Part shown: piece by piece, positions 12,346 to 27,642 of the stretch | How the letters are laid out: each line of letters starts with the position of its first letter | Position numbering within the stretch: position 1 is the stretch's first letter | From: Octopus vulgaris | Lineage: Eukaryota | DNA length: 64,000 nucleotides | Assembly: GCA_951406725.2 (NCBI GenBank) | Contig: OX597834.1 | Location: 45,880,001-45,944,000 of the forward strand | Direction of reading: 5' to 3' | Made by a program: the position numbers and the translations under genes | The notes under the pieces: generated by a model | Databases searched by the model: none | The model's input: only the letters and a program-made list of their open reading frames with translations | What the model was told of the DNA's origin: nothing

Positions 12346-15001
12346 ATTTCAAGAGTCTTGTAGTTATGTATTTACCGCTTATTCAACAATAATCCTAGGC
12401 CCGCCTTTAGCACAGAGTGGTAAGAATTGTCAAGAGACCATGTTTTACGTCAAATGATAGAAATGCTTCTGCGGCTAACGCCTATACAAAACTCTGAAAA
12501 AAAGCAACCCCTGGGCATGTTTCACCGCAGACTCACCGATTTCACGAACCAGTCCTGCAGCTACGTGTCAAATAGGCCCTCTGCATAACAAAGTACTAGT
12601 AGAATAAAACTCTAAGTAAACTTGCAGTACCTAATTGGAAGTCACTGTTGTATCTCTTCCGAATAAAGTTATGAGTCTTCAGACATTTGTCATGAAAGTC
12701 CATGTAGGTGCATTATTTTATGTATTTAAACTCGGTAACACAGCCCCACCACGTGATCACTGTTATTGGCTGAGTTCACCTTTTTGCAAGAATCCACACT
12801 AAAAGCAAATCCGCATGTCTTACATTCTATGCTTCTTTTTTGTAAGTATTAATATTCAGCTATTCAGGTTGAGCATCACTCATAATCACTCTAACTTGTA
12901 TTCTCGAATGTGAAACTGAAATTTCAAATCGAATTAGTTATAGCCATTATATTGCGTTTTCGCACATTGTTCTCCTCAAATATATTACTAAAATGTCAGA
13001 AATGTCGAGTAAAGCGAACCATTGCGAAAACAAGCGGCTGATCTGCACTTCTTCTAAAGACTCTTCGGAGCAACATCACTAGACATCATATTTAACTCGG
13101 TGATCAGGGAATATCTCCAGGACTAGCTGCTCCATCTCCACTTTGAGATATGACCGCTCCAGTATTACAGGCATGTGCTCAGAATGTGACAGAAAAGAAT
13201 CTCAAGAAAGACCTAGGTGTGATCAAGAACGGAATGTTGGGATACTATCCAGAGGCTCGGTCACGCTCGAGGGAGAGAGCAGGTGGGAAATCTATTGACG
13301 GTTTGCTTGTGACAGAATCCTATGGAAGGGTCGACTAATGAATTAACTCCAAGCCCCTCCAAGAAATAGCAGAGGATGAAGATTGAGGGATAGATATTAG
13401 TAAAATTCTATTAAACCTGTTATTGTGTACAACAGGATAAATGTTTTTTTTAAACAAAAATGAAATGCTACCGAATAATATTCTGGCGTTGCTCAAGCGA
13501 AAATAAGAGAACAATCATATGTACGTAATATTTTCTTCCATTTCGTGTTTAAGGGGTTTCCTTCGTCAGAGTGGTAATTTTTAAATCGCGTTAATGCGTT
13601 ATTCCACCATTGGTTCCTATCACTGCAGTAGTATTAGCGCTAATCAACAATTGTGTTCTAGCCAAATTCTTCAAACTATTAACTACATACCTGTTTATCA
13701 CATTACAAGTGTATTGACATTTACTTGAAGTATTGCGATGTGTGTAAATGATCAACGTATTTGAAAATGTTTTGAGTAACACAGGTAAGAAATGAAGCAA
13801 AATTTACAAGGTGACTGAATATAGGTTGTTTAAAGAAACCTATAATATTTCGGGAACCTTTCTAACATTTCCAAAACCTAAATCAATATTCTTACCAAGT
13901 TACCTACCTTAGATAGGTTTCGGTTAAATTCGTGCCAGACAATGACAAACTTACTAGCACCAACTGGAGATGATATTTAATCATTTTAAATGTCAGAATC
14001 ATACATTGGACGGCGTAGAACATTCCTGTGAAAACATATTGCTTGCAGAATTATATTAGGGTTTCATCTGAAATTTGTTGGTAAAACTCCTTCTGAAAAT
14101 ATTTCAATGCTATGAGATTTTCTTCTTCCCTTCATATTCCGACATGTTATTAAACAGATAACAGCTCATTGAGGTGGAATTATTCTGTTATAATACTGTG
14201 ATAGGAGACATGCTCGATCTCGTAACATCATCTGGCCAATGTTGAGGGAATATTTGTCTATTTGTTAGGTCCAGATTATATTTTATTGAATTCATCACAT
14301 TGAAAGGAAAATAAGGAATGTTTTCAAGTATAGACAACTTGCTGACATGTTTCAGATACGAGTCTACGACTCTTTCCATCGTAGGTAAGTTGCTCGTTCA
14401 TTGCCGGCGTAAAAGAAAATGCACCACAACCCATAATTACGTATTTAGAAGGAAAAGCTGTAAACATAGTAATTAACTGCCTCCGGCAGAATGAAAACAA
14501 GTGGAGGAATAAATAACATACAGTAGGCGTGACATCAATTCCAATTATATATGTATATATCTATATATATATATCTATATCTATATATATATATAAATAT
14601 ATATAAATACCTATATGTATTTATATATATATGTATATGTATACATTTGTTTCACTGTGTTTATATGATATACATACACACACATATATATGTGTGTATG
14701 TACGTGTATGTAAGTATGTATATATATATATCTATATATATATCTATATCTATATACATATATATATGTATAATATTTATGTGTGCGAATATGTTTGTAT
14801 ATTATATTATATATTATGTATATATACATATATAATTCATTTATTTCTTATCGTACAATCAGTGTATTTTACATGGAAAATAGGAGAGCTAAATTGCCAC
14901 AACAGAAAAAAAAGAAGAAACATGAACGAGAAGAACAACATTAATAATAATAATAATAATATCAACAACAATATTGGACTGTAATAATAATAATGATGAT
15001 G

Positions 15002-15062
<61 letters not shown>

Positions 15063-15197
15063 TAACAATGGCAACAAATGCTATGTGATTAGATTTTCAA
15101 ATATATATTTCACAGAGGAGGGGGTGAGGGAAATTGGCACTGATACAGCACACGTAAAAATGTATTGTGAGAACAAATAGTGCAATCAACTTGGCTC

Positions 15198-15259
<62 letters not shown>

Positions 15260-15492
15260 ATATATATATGTATATATATGTATATATATATATACATATA
15301 TATATATATAAACAAATATATGTGTAAGTATATGTATATATATATATATATATATACATATGTATATATATATATATTTATATATATATACACATATATA
15401 TATATATATATATGCATATACAGGCTAAATATAGGGTGAGCAGCTACACACGCTCTCACACACGCATGTACACATACTCACAGAAACATAGG

Positions 15493-15531
<39 letters not shown>

Positions 15532-15861
15532 TATATATATATACACGTACACACATATATATATATGTATAAATATATATGCGCTTGAATATGTATATAT
15601 GCATGTATATATATGCATGTTTGTGCCTGTGTGTCTGTGAATGTATGTGATATATGTATGTGATATACATATATATATATATATTAATAAATATATATAT
15701 ATGTATATATGTATATATATATATATGTACATGTATATATATATATATGTATATATGTATATATATGTACATATATATATATATGTATATATCAGTATGT
15801 GTGCGTGTGTATTTAGATGAAAATACAAGAATTAGACAGAGACCTGCTTTTTATTTTGATC

Positions 15862-15960
15862 ATTGGCGCACTCATCTCCCGCGCGTGCGAACACGCACGC
15901 ACGCACTCACACAAAATAACAAAAATATAAATAAATACATAAAACCAGCTTCCTGAGTAA
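15862..15960 (+). promoter_or_regulatory. Candidate Pol II promoter of a + strand transcript
   Basis: Reverse CCAAT (ATTGG 15862-66), CpG-rich patch tcccgcgcgtgcg, TATAAATA at 15926-33; lies at the start of the TE-poor structured zone. Motifs are short, so this is inference. Confidence 0.3.
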
Positions 15961-16409
15961 CATAAATCAACATCCCCACCTTTATCGTCACACCACCTGA
16001 CCAACCTACCACACGAGCGCCAACATTTCAACGCAACTACAGTTTTATCAACACCTTCACCACGAACATCATCCCACCTACCACCACATAAATAGTGCTG
16101 CAGTATATGGATGGTATCACATCGTATAAAAACGTGTATGAATGTATTTTTTAATGAGAGAAATGAAAGTATTTTCTCCGTGAATTCATATTTAGGCCTT
16201 ACATATATTTTGTTATATTATATATATATTTTACTCATGGTCATTAAGTGTTCAATTATGAATTTATTTTTTGTATATAATTTCACTTTTGTATGTTATT
16301 TTTCATGTCTTTTTCATTTTTCAGATTTTGACTATGATGAGTATTTTCCCGCGATACAGTGACTAGAATACAGTGTTTGTTCGTTATATTTTCTTGTCTG
16401 TACTACGTG

Positions 16410-16464
<55 letters not shown>

Positions 16465-16500
16465 TACTACTACTACTTATGCATATAGTAGCAGTAAAAA

Positions 16501-16538
<38 letters not shown>

Positions 16539-16716
16539 TCTTGGGTCTTCGTCTCGTATTTCATAGGGACAATCCTTTGTTTCCTAAATTGATAAACTTA
16601 CGTAATATCATCACTATTCTCATCTTCAAGCAACAACATGATTCCTAATAGGAGTAACCATTAGTAGTAATATCATCAAGCGTTATATCCGTTATTATTA
16701 TTATCATTATTATTAC

Positions 16717-16772
<56 letters not shown>

Positions 16773-17436
16773 GTAGTAGTATATGTCGGTGTCATGAACA
16801 TCTGCATCATTGGCCTTACAACATATTTTTTTCTTGTTATTCCTAAATATATTTGATAAGAATTTTCTCTTTTCCTTTCTTCCTATCTCTCTAACTATCG
16901 AGAAGAAATTATGAGTAGATATTACTGTTTCCTTTTTGTGTTTTTTATTTATTTTTTTGTTGTTGTTGTTTTTCGTTTATTTGCTAGTCGTTTCAGGAAT
17001 ATTGTTACCGTCAGTGTTATTGTTGCTGTTGTTTTTGATATGGTTCTGTTGTTGTTTTAAATACGGTTGTGTTATTTTTTCCGGTTTCCCAGTCAAGTAT
17101 TTAAAATTTATTGAGATATTTTCATACGATTGATTGATATTAATGGCTTGCTCATAGACTTCATCTCCATTTTCCTCTCTTTTCTTATTTTTCTCCTTCA
17201 GTTCCTTGTCTAGTTCTCATAGTTATTTGACATCATATAATATGTAGTACATATAAACCTAGCCACAAATATACCATATACACATGTACGTATGTACGTA
17301 TATAGGTATATATTTGGATACATATAGATATATATGCATATACATACGCATGGATATATATATATATGTTTATATATGTATATATATTTACATATATTTA
17401 TATATATATGTGTGTGTATGTATATGCATACATGCA

Positions 17437-17516
<80 letters not shown>

Positions 17517-18072
17517 CAAATCATTATTTCACAAGTCTCAGTTCTTCAAGACATTTCATGTGTAAGCTGTTCGCTATTTCTTGCTTGTCTTGATTTCTTT
17601 TTAATTCCCTGGTTTATTCTTTATAGCTAGTTGTCGTTTGTGAGGTTTCTAATTTATCTGAAATTTTTCTCAGTTCTCTTTCTGTATTTTATTGGAAATT
17701 AGAACAGATGAAAGCCAAATTTTCTCACCATGTTTTTTTTTAATGGCATCAGCATGTTTTTAGTCTTTCGGATTTTGATTATAAAATGGTGTTCTCTTTG
17801 TTGGGAGTGGAACATTTGTAGCATTAAACGTTACGCAAAATTTAAAAACATTATCTATACAGTAACTGGAAATCCATTTGAATATGAACAGTCACACACA
17901 AAACATATATATGTACATATATGCCCGTGAGTGTGTATGTATATAGGTAGATAAATAGATAGATAGATAGATAGATATATAGATACATAGATAGATATAT
18001 AGATAAATATATATATATATATATATAGATTGATTGATAGATAGATACATAGATAGATAGATAGATAAATAC

Positions 18073-18126
<54 letters not shown>

Positions 18127-18522
18127 TTTTATTTATAAATGGATACATTTATAAAAATACATATGTATTGATGGCGGTTTTACACATGCAATATAAGGAA
18201 AATATTTTAGCAAGACTGACGAAAGAGCAAAAACCTAAAGTTTAAAGCTAAACCAAAGAATATATCAAGAAATTTTAAATTGGAAAATCACAATTACAAG
18301 AAGAGAAAGTTTACTGCAAAGGTGATCACAGTTTAGACGAAGATTTAATTATTAAATAGTTACCTTCATAATTACATTCCGTTAAGAAAATTGCCTAGCG
18401 ACAACGATAATATCTCTTTAAACGAAAACTCAGAAAAGAACGAAGCAAATGTATGTATATATATATATCTCCATACTTAAATGCATTCATATACATCTGT
18501 GTAAATATTTATATATATATAT

Positions 18523-18586
<64 letters not shown>

Positions 18587-18991
18587 GTGTCCTTGTGTGT
18601 ATTGGTGTGTGTGAGTGTGTATTTCTGTATGTGCATGTATGTTTTGGAGCGTTCTGTAGAAAAATAGACTTGTAAACAAGTGAGGAATATCTTGTTTGAA
18701 AGTAATATTTCAGTTTATTTCATTTAATCTTTGTTTTAGCATTGTCTCGAGGAATTAGATGTACTGATAATTTTTGGCTGATGTTTTACGGTTTACTAAT
18801 AATGAGGTAGATACGATAGCAACAGATAAGGAACCTACATACGTATACACATGCATAATAGACAATCAGTCTTAAATACTGACATACATTTGTAGATAAG
18901 TATATGCAAGCGTACGTCACCACGTGGCCAAATATATAAAGATACGGGTACACTTATATCTGTATATACACACGCGCACACATGCACACAC

Positions 18992-19029
<38 letters not shown>

Positions 19030-19537
19030 TTACATATGTGTATACATATGTTGCATGCAAACATCGAGTTATAGATATGTACAGTAAGAGGTAGGTGGTA
19101 AGATCTATAGAAGGGAAAAGATAATTGCAAGAATGAGATAAAATTCCATAGATAAGTTGATTAATCGATATTATAATGAAAAATGTAGATAGCTCAGTCG
19201 ATCGATATACCGTTACATATACACACATACTTACACACGTACATGCATGCATACATGCGTACACACATTTATGCATACATGCGTACTTACATGCAATCAT
19301 ACATGCGTGCATACATATATGCATACATACATATATACATACATATATACATACATATATACATACATGTGTACATGCATACATGCATAGAAAATACAAA
19401 GAAACGTTTTACATATATTTTAAAAGTGATATTTTCTCCGAATGCAAAGCAACATTTATTCTTCGAGTCTAAATTCATATTGACATTAAATAATATATAT
19501 TTAAACATTTTGTATACACGCCCGCCTCACATATATA

Positions 19538-19595
<58 letters not shown>

Positions 19596-19645
19596 ACACA
19601 TTCAATCCTACGCATGAATGGATAAAAATATATTTGTGCACATAT

Positions 19646-19693
<48 letters not shown>

Positions 19694-20707
19694 CTCCTTC
19701 TATATAATAAAATATATATATATATATATATACATACATATATTTATATGCGATTTGTTTGTGTGTATGTTTTGTGGAGTCCGAACTATAGGCGGATGTA
19801 AGCTTTACAAATCTTAGTGAAAGTAATCGGGTTTGTATTAAGTGGATAAAAGTCTTTTAATATTCATCTCACAATTCCTTTTGTCTTACTATTTCTATCT
19901 CTGGAAGATCTCTGCAGCACACTGTGGAACACCTCACGCGTTCCGATGTGATCTGTTGGAATTCCAAATAGAATTATTGTCTTCAAATTCCAACTAGAAA
20001 TGATTGAATTGCAAACACGTGATATCATGCAACATATTAAGTTTGTAATTTTTGTTTTTGTTCAATTTTCTCTGTTACTAGATTTATTTCGACAGTACAA
20101 GTGTCTATATATAGATATAGATATAGCTACAAAAAATTTGTAGGCAGATAGATAAATATATATATATAGAGAGAGAGAGAGGCGTTGATAGATGTGAACA
20201 TACGAACAATTATATAGTACATATATTATGTTGTATGATTCTTTAACTTTCGCCTACATAGCTTCTAAAAGCAATCGCTGTGAAAATTACAGATCTATTT
20301 ACTTCTTCCATGAGGAAAAGATTGCTCATTTTTATAACTAATAAATTTAAGAACCTCACCATTAATCTAATATATGTATATGCAGATATATAAGTTAAAA
20401 TGTTATTTTCATTGAGATCTCGGTGTAGTTTAATGCAGTTTTTGCGTATATGTGTGCGTATGGGTTAGTCTGTGTGTATTTCTTCGCATGGCTTCACGCT
20501 TGTCGACGATAACGCCCATTCACTTCGCGTCTATCATTCCTGTTGCAGAAGATACGTGAAATTTTGGCGCCATTTTGGATTTCACGTGAAAACCTGCAAC
20601 ATCTCACTTAATGTTCCCAGATATTTACGAAAACACTCGTAGCCCTTTAGTTATAGACGCTGGCAATGAGACATGCATATGTATATATATGTGATTGCTT
20701 CTGTGTG

Positions 20708-20755
<48 letters not shown>

Positions 20756-20927
20756 TGTGTGTGTTTGTGTATGAATTTGCGTTCATAATTATCAGCATTT
20801 ACATAATCCATTTATGTTGCAGAGATCGATCGAGAATTGTTTTGAAAAATTCGCAATGAAATAGTAATTGCTAAATTTAGAAATACCTACATATTCATAC
20901 ATATATGTATGCTATACATAGATATGC

Positions 20928-21002
<75 letters not shown>

Positions 21003-21008
21003 TGTATG

Positions 21009-21061
<53 letters not shown>

Positions 21062-21147
21062 TTTCAACGCTGCACAACATCGTTGTACTACTTTTTCTGA
21101 TATCATGAAATGACATCTCTATGTGTGTAAGATATATATATATATAT

Positions 21148-21269
<122 letters not shown>

Positions 21270-21568
21270 GGATAGATACTGACTCTTGATTAATTTTATT
21301 CAATAACTTCTACAGCATGACCTACTTGCAGTACGTTTTTCTATAGAAGCAATCCTGAAGTGCTACTAAATACCTCCATTGTGTAATAACTCTTTCGCTG
21401 ACAATGTTGCCATGCACAGTATCATATCATCAGGAATCATAAATACTATGCCGCATTCTTCCGCTCTTTCTATGGCATTCTCTCTCACATACTCACCATT
21501 ATTCTGCCTCGCATTAACTATATGTACGTCTCTCGCTTTGTATATGTGTATATATAAATACATTGTTT

Positions 21569-21657
<89 letters not shown>

Positions 21658-21741
21658 CATTCCTCTCGTCTAGATGAAATCTCTCTCGTTCTGCGAGATT
21701 CGGTGCAAATGCATACATACGCACCTACAAAACACACACAG

Positions 21742-21778
<37 letters not shown>

Positions 21779-22883
21779 AACATACACACATTTATATATT
21801 TATGTAAAGGTGCGTTTCTGTATGAATGTTATCAGGTTTATATTTATTTCTGATTGATTCTTTTCCTTATCGAATTATCGTTGTTTTCTTTTATTTCACC
21901 AATGTTCATCACGTAACCTATAATTCTACGCTAAAATCACAATCTTCACCTCAACCTCACTGCATACAGACATGTGTATATACACACACACAAACACATA
22001 CATGCAGATATATATATATATATATATATATTCTATACCTGATGTTATATTTCTAAGTGTATGCATGTGAGCAGCTCTCATTGTACGAGCGGGCCTGTTT
22101 CTGTGTGTGCCTGATTATGAGCGTTTATTTTCCTTTGTAAACAGCCATTTAAAATTCCTAATGCGCTCGTATTTGATCACATTCCAATGACATTCCTTCC
22201 GTGGTTCGAATTTATAATTAATCTTAGAACAACATAATACTTCATATGCTTTTTTCTTTTTATCTTTCTTTCTTTCATTCGTTCTTTCTTTCTTTCTTTA
22301 ATGCTTTTATTTGATAATCTATCTTTGTTTCTATGTATCTTCTCCTGCATTCTATATTTTGTTTCGTTTTAATTTGCTTCATTCGATCTCGTAATCGTGA
22401 CCTTGTATTACATAATTGCATGCGTGATAAGCGTGAATATGTAGATATGCATAAATAATTGTGCATGAATACGAGAGTGTAGCTGTATTAGGATGTGTGT
22501 GGTTGTATGAGTCTGTGTGTATCTGTCATTCTTACACATTTCGATGAACTCACATACACAATTTCTTACCCATAACTCTAGCTACGAATCATTTCATCCG
22601 CCTCTTGACGCTTTCGGGTATCTTTGCTTCCAGCGATTTCGTTTGTGTCGAGCAAATATACAATAATACTTTTTTCAATCTTCGAACTGACGTATCGATT
22701 ATTCTTCGATATTCAACATCGATTATGTATTCATTTGTATATTTATTTATTTATTCATTCATTCACTTATTTGTTATTCTTCATGAAACCGAGACAGATA
22801 AGTCAACAATGACTCTCTGTTAAATTGAATATTACGTGGGTGCCATTCTTATACCATCAGAACGAGTTCGTTTACCCTTGCTT

Positions 22884-22967
<84 letters not shown>

Positions 22968-23580
22968 TGTATGTATGTATGTATGTGTGTGTGTATGTAT
23001 CTATGTATGTATATGCATATATATTTCGTTCTTTTCACCATCATAATACATATATAGTGTTAAATTTTCTTGTCGTCCTGGGTCTGCTGAGACATAGACC
23101 ATATTACCATCAATTAATTACTACGGCTGTTATGTTATTTCTAATTTCAATATTGCATTTCTGTTCCTATGTTTATCGATCTTTTACAGTCGTTCAAAAT
23201 GTTTGCACTTCAACTACATGCGAGATTTCGCTTTTCTTTATTGATATTCATGTAAACTTTTGTCGCTTGTAGCATTCAAAATTTTTTTCACGTACAATTG
23301 TTCTCTCTTTCTGCACCACGATACATCAATATATATATCATGTATACGTGTGCGCCTATGCGTATGTGTGTATGTGCGTGTGTATGCGTATATGTATGTA
23401 TGTATATATCTAATGTATGTATGTTAGTGCAGAATTATAGTAACTATTTTCCTTGTGCTTGATGGATTCAAACAATTCCTTCTAATTGAGACTAAAAGGA
23501 TGCATTCGCGTGTCTTACGTACCGATAACATCACGTATATGTATATATATATATATGTATGCATGTATGTATATTTCTAT

Positions 23581-23644
<64 letters not shown>

Positions 23645-25439
23645 TGAACATACATATATGTATTTATAATACATTAATAAGGAGTGTGTATTTTATATAT
23701 CCATGTGAACTTTCGTGTACCTTTACATATGTGTAAAGTTCTGTGTGTCGATGGCAATGTGTGTACGGATGACTAGCAATCTTTTGTTGTGTTTTATTTC
23801 ATAAATTTCAGTAATTTGTTTTGGTTGTTTTTATGTCTGCATGTATATATATATACGGGAGTTGTAAAGATCTGTTTGGTTTTCGTTTCATTTTTTTTTA
23901 TTTATTTTGGTGTATGTTTATGTGTGTATTCACACCACGTTCCTGGCCGTGTTCCTGAGAATAACATACGAATTAGACCGTTTGATATTTGCCCCCAAAC
24001 TCAAACTAGTCGAAAACGTTTGTATCTCAGATGAGTGGAATACAGAACCAGCGTCTCTTTTCATCGCTGGAAACACCCCACCGTTTGAGAACGAGGCTAC
24101 CATTCATGGTGGCCATAAAGAAAAAAATCTCAGATGGGGCTTTCCAGTTCATTGATTATTTCATATGATATTATTTTATAATTACTACTTATAGCCTGTA
24201 TCCCCTATACCAAAAGGTGGAATAACCCAACCACCGTTCTGGGTTTTGGGTAGGCCCTACAAAAAAGCTACACAACAAACGAGTTGTTTATATATGGTTA
24301 TATATATATAGAGATATATAGATATATATAGATATATGGATATGGATATAAATATTGATAAATATATCGATAGGACGAAAAATAACCCGTTGCTTGTCGA
24401 AAAACATGTAGGGATCACTGTAGGCGACCGATATTAAATTCACGATATTGACTCTCAAATATATATACAAAACAACATTGTAGATGTAAATATATATATA
24501 TATGCATATATATACATATTTAAATGTGTGTTAGGTTTTTAATTTATATATACATAAACATTTTATTATAATAATGTGTATATATATACATATCGAAAAA
24601 AGTATATTGGGTTATATGTGTGTATTTTATGTAATTATTTTTGAGGGGTATATATGTTATACCCCTCTCAATATTTTTGTTATATGAGTGTTAAATCGGA
24701 AATAGCTTTGTAGTACAGGAATATATGTATATGCGCAAAGATATAGAGACAAACTATGTATAAACCTAATCACCATAGTAACATACGACCTTCTATAATT
24801 AAGCATACATTAATACAGAATATATACATGTACACGTATATGTACGTCTATACGTGCATACTTTATATATATATTCCCTATCAGCGTCACTAAACGCTCA
24901 CATAACTATGCAGTTTCTAATACGCAACAATTCATTTTTCGATATATGTAGATATTTTGATATTCGGATTATATATTTTATATAAAAAATTGTTCACTTG
25001 CTCTACACTCACTTGTTTCATTACAATATATATATATGGAGGTATATAGTTTATATATATATACGATTATTTATATGATATATATACTAGTATAACTATG
25101 ATACATCAAGCATTTATTGGAGGTTATCGCCATAGCAACTTAGCGCTCTCTGTCACTTTACGCTATATATATATGTCATGGTTATGTATATGTCTGTGTC
25201 TACGAGTTTATGCATGTGTTTGTGTGTGTGTGTGATTGTGTGCGTGTGTGCGTGTGTGCGTGTGTGCGTTTTGGCGTGTGCAGGTATATATGAATTTTAA
25301 TAACCTTGACGTCACCTTGTGGTGAAACAGGTTTCAAACTATATAGCCATATGGCTGTATGGATATATAAATCTGTCTATATATACACGTGCGTGTATAC
25401 ATGAGATTTATCGGAATACACACTCCTGTATCTGATGTT

Positions 25440-25482
<43 letters not shown>

Positions 25483-26228
25483 TTATATATATATATGTGT
25501 GAGTATATGAGCAATCTCGAGGATAATTAGCCGAAATTTCGGAGATAATGTGGTACTCGACTGAGGAAAAAACTTCGAATGACCCGTCCTTGGTTTCTTT
25601 GTATCGTCTATCTGGATGTTTTCTTGTCTTATTTTTGTATTACATATATATATATATACTCATTTGGTATGATAATATGTAAAAGACACACGTGACATAT
25701 TGTACTTAATCCTTCATTTTATTTCACTTAAAACATCATCACCACACTCAAGATTCTTTTGTCCATCTCTTTCCGTAGCTTCTTTATATTTGATAGCCTT
25801 CTTGCCTCGTTTCACTCAATATATTCTCTTCTCATTCCTGTGTACAGTTAATTCATCATAACTGTTGGCTATTCAAGCATAAACATACAACATTCCCGTA
25901 TAGTTTTTATCTCTCTGCTTCATTGTCTTCCTTTCGCTCTGTCCTTCATTTTATTCAAATTCTCTCTCTCTCTCTCTGTCGCTTCCATCACTTGTACAGT
26001 GTTCCTCTCTGTCGTTCATCTTATATCATCCTCTCGTCAAACTGGTGTCTCTTTCTTACTTTGCTGTTGTTTTATTGTTTGTATTGCGCTCCTTTTGCTT
26101 TCCTGATCGCTTTTTATGTCGCGTTATTACTGTCGCATTCGTTATCGTCGCTTTTAATCAGATCGTTGTCTGACTTCTGAAGGACATATCGGTTTATCAG
26201 TTTATTTAGTTATCTGCCAATCTATCTA

Positions 26229-26295
<67 letters not shown>

Positions 26296-27132
26296 CATAC
26301 GTGTGTGTGTGATTGTGTCTATGTGGGTGTGTAACTACATACTTACGTTTATGTGAGTCAGTGCTGTATACGTATATCTCCATAATCTCCATTTAAAATA
26401 ATATAGACGCACATATGCACTCCATTTATTCTGGTTTTTAATACTTCAAACTAAGAAATTTTGCAAGTAGAGCTTCAAGCGTTTCATTCAGTCTCTCTCT
26501 CTCTCTCTCCCTCTCCCTCTCATTCTTTCTTTCTCTCTCTCACTATCTATCTATCTATCTATCTTTCCATCTATCTGGGAAGATATATATCCTTGACTTT
26601 TTAATGTTTTTCATTCTCACAGACCAAACTATGACACTCTGTCTCCATTTCGCCCTCTTGTTTAGGTCATACTCGGCCAAAATCTCTACCTCTTGTCTGA
26701 TACATTTAGATAATTCTATTTATGTATGTACTAAATACTTCCATCTCCATTAATTTTCAATAGGGTCTGTGGTTTAACTTCTTACCCTCTGTTTATTTTG
26801 AAGCTCGTTTTAACTATTTACCCATTTAATTAACCCCATTCAATCAAATTGTCCGATATTGTCTCCATATTAGACAATGGTTTATTCTCATCTTACCTTA
26901 TGTCTTTGTTTCTTTACTCCTTTCTCGTATTTATCTTTTGATTCACTCATACAGTAAATTGTTTTTCACTGCCTATTAAAATATCTTGCGTTAGGAATAG
27001 AAAATTATTTCGTTATTTCTTATGCAATTGAAATCCATAACATCTTACTAAAATTGAATAAATTTTAAATTTCATTGACATATTTATATATGTGAAAAAT
27101 GTTTTTTATTAATTTTTAGAAAAATATATCAG

Positions 27133-27234
27133 GTAAATTGTTTGATTAATTTTAATAAATTGGCCTCTCGTAACCGAAAATATTCCTTCAAAAATTCTGG
27201 AACATATTTATGCTAATATTTGTCTCATTTTCAG
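27133..27234 (+). other. Candidate 102-nt intron on the + strand
   Basis: CAG|GTAAAT donor, TGCTAAT branch-point-like motif at 27211, TCTCATTTTCAG| acceptor. Confidence 0.35.
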
Positions 27235-27569
27235 AATTCTTTGAAAATGTACGAATATTAAGGTTCTACTATCTTACGGTTTTACTATAAAATATTCAGT
27301 TTTATTAACGTCTGCATTGAAGTAGAAGCAAATATATATATATATAACTGATTGTAAACAGGTGGAAGGCAAAATATGATATTCATTATACGATATTTCA
27401 CTAAGCTAAACTGGAACATACATTTGCCCAAAGGATTCCGTAGTTGTTTAAATATATAATTATGTAATATTGTTTGATTGTTAGCTTGAGAAAAGGTGAA
27501 ATCCACGTAAAGCACCTATATTCACGCATGAAATCCCGCACAAACATACATTTCTCTGCGAGTACAAAA

Positions 27570-27642
<73 letters not shown>

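Noticed and set aside
13540-13575. Minus-strand CTGACGA-AGG...CCT hammerhead-like core
   Set aside because: GAAA box and stems I/III missing
25120-25314. RFX-like ATCGCCATAGCAAC and CRE palindrome TGACGTCA (25307)
   Set aside because: Single short motifs can occur by chance in 64 kb; no supporting context
25505-25645. Possible retroelement terminal fragment with CTGAGGA...GAAT
   Set aside because: Non-canonical core and no second copy in the window to confirm
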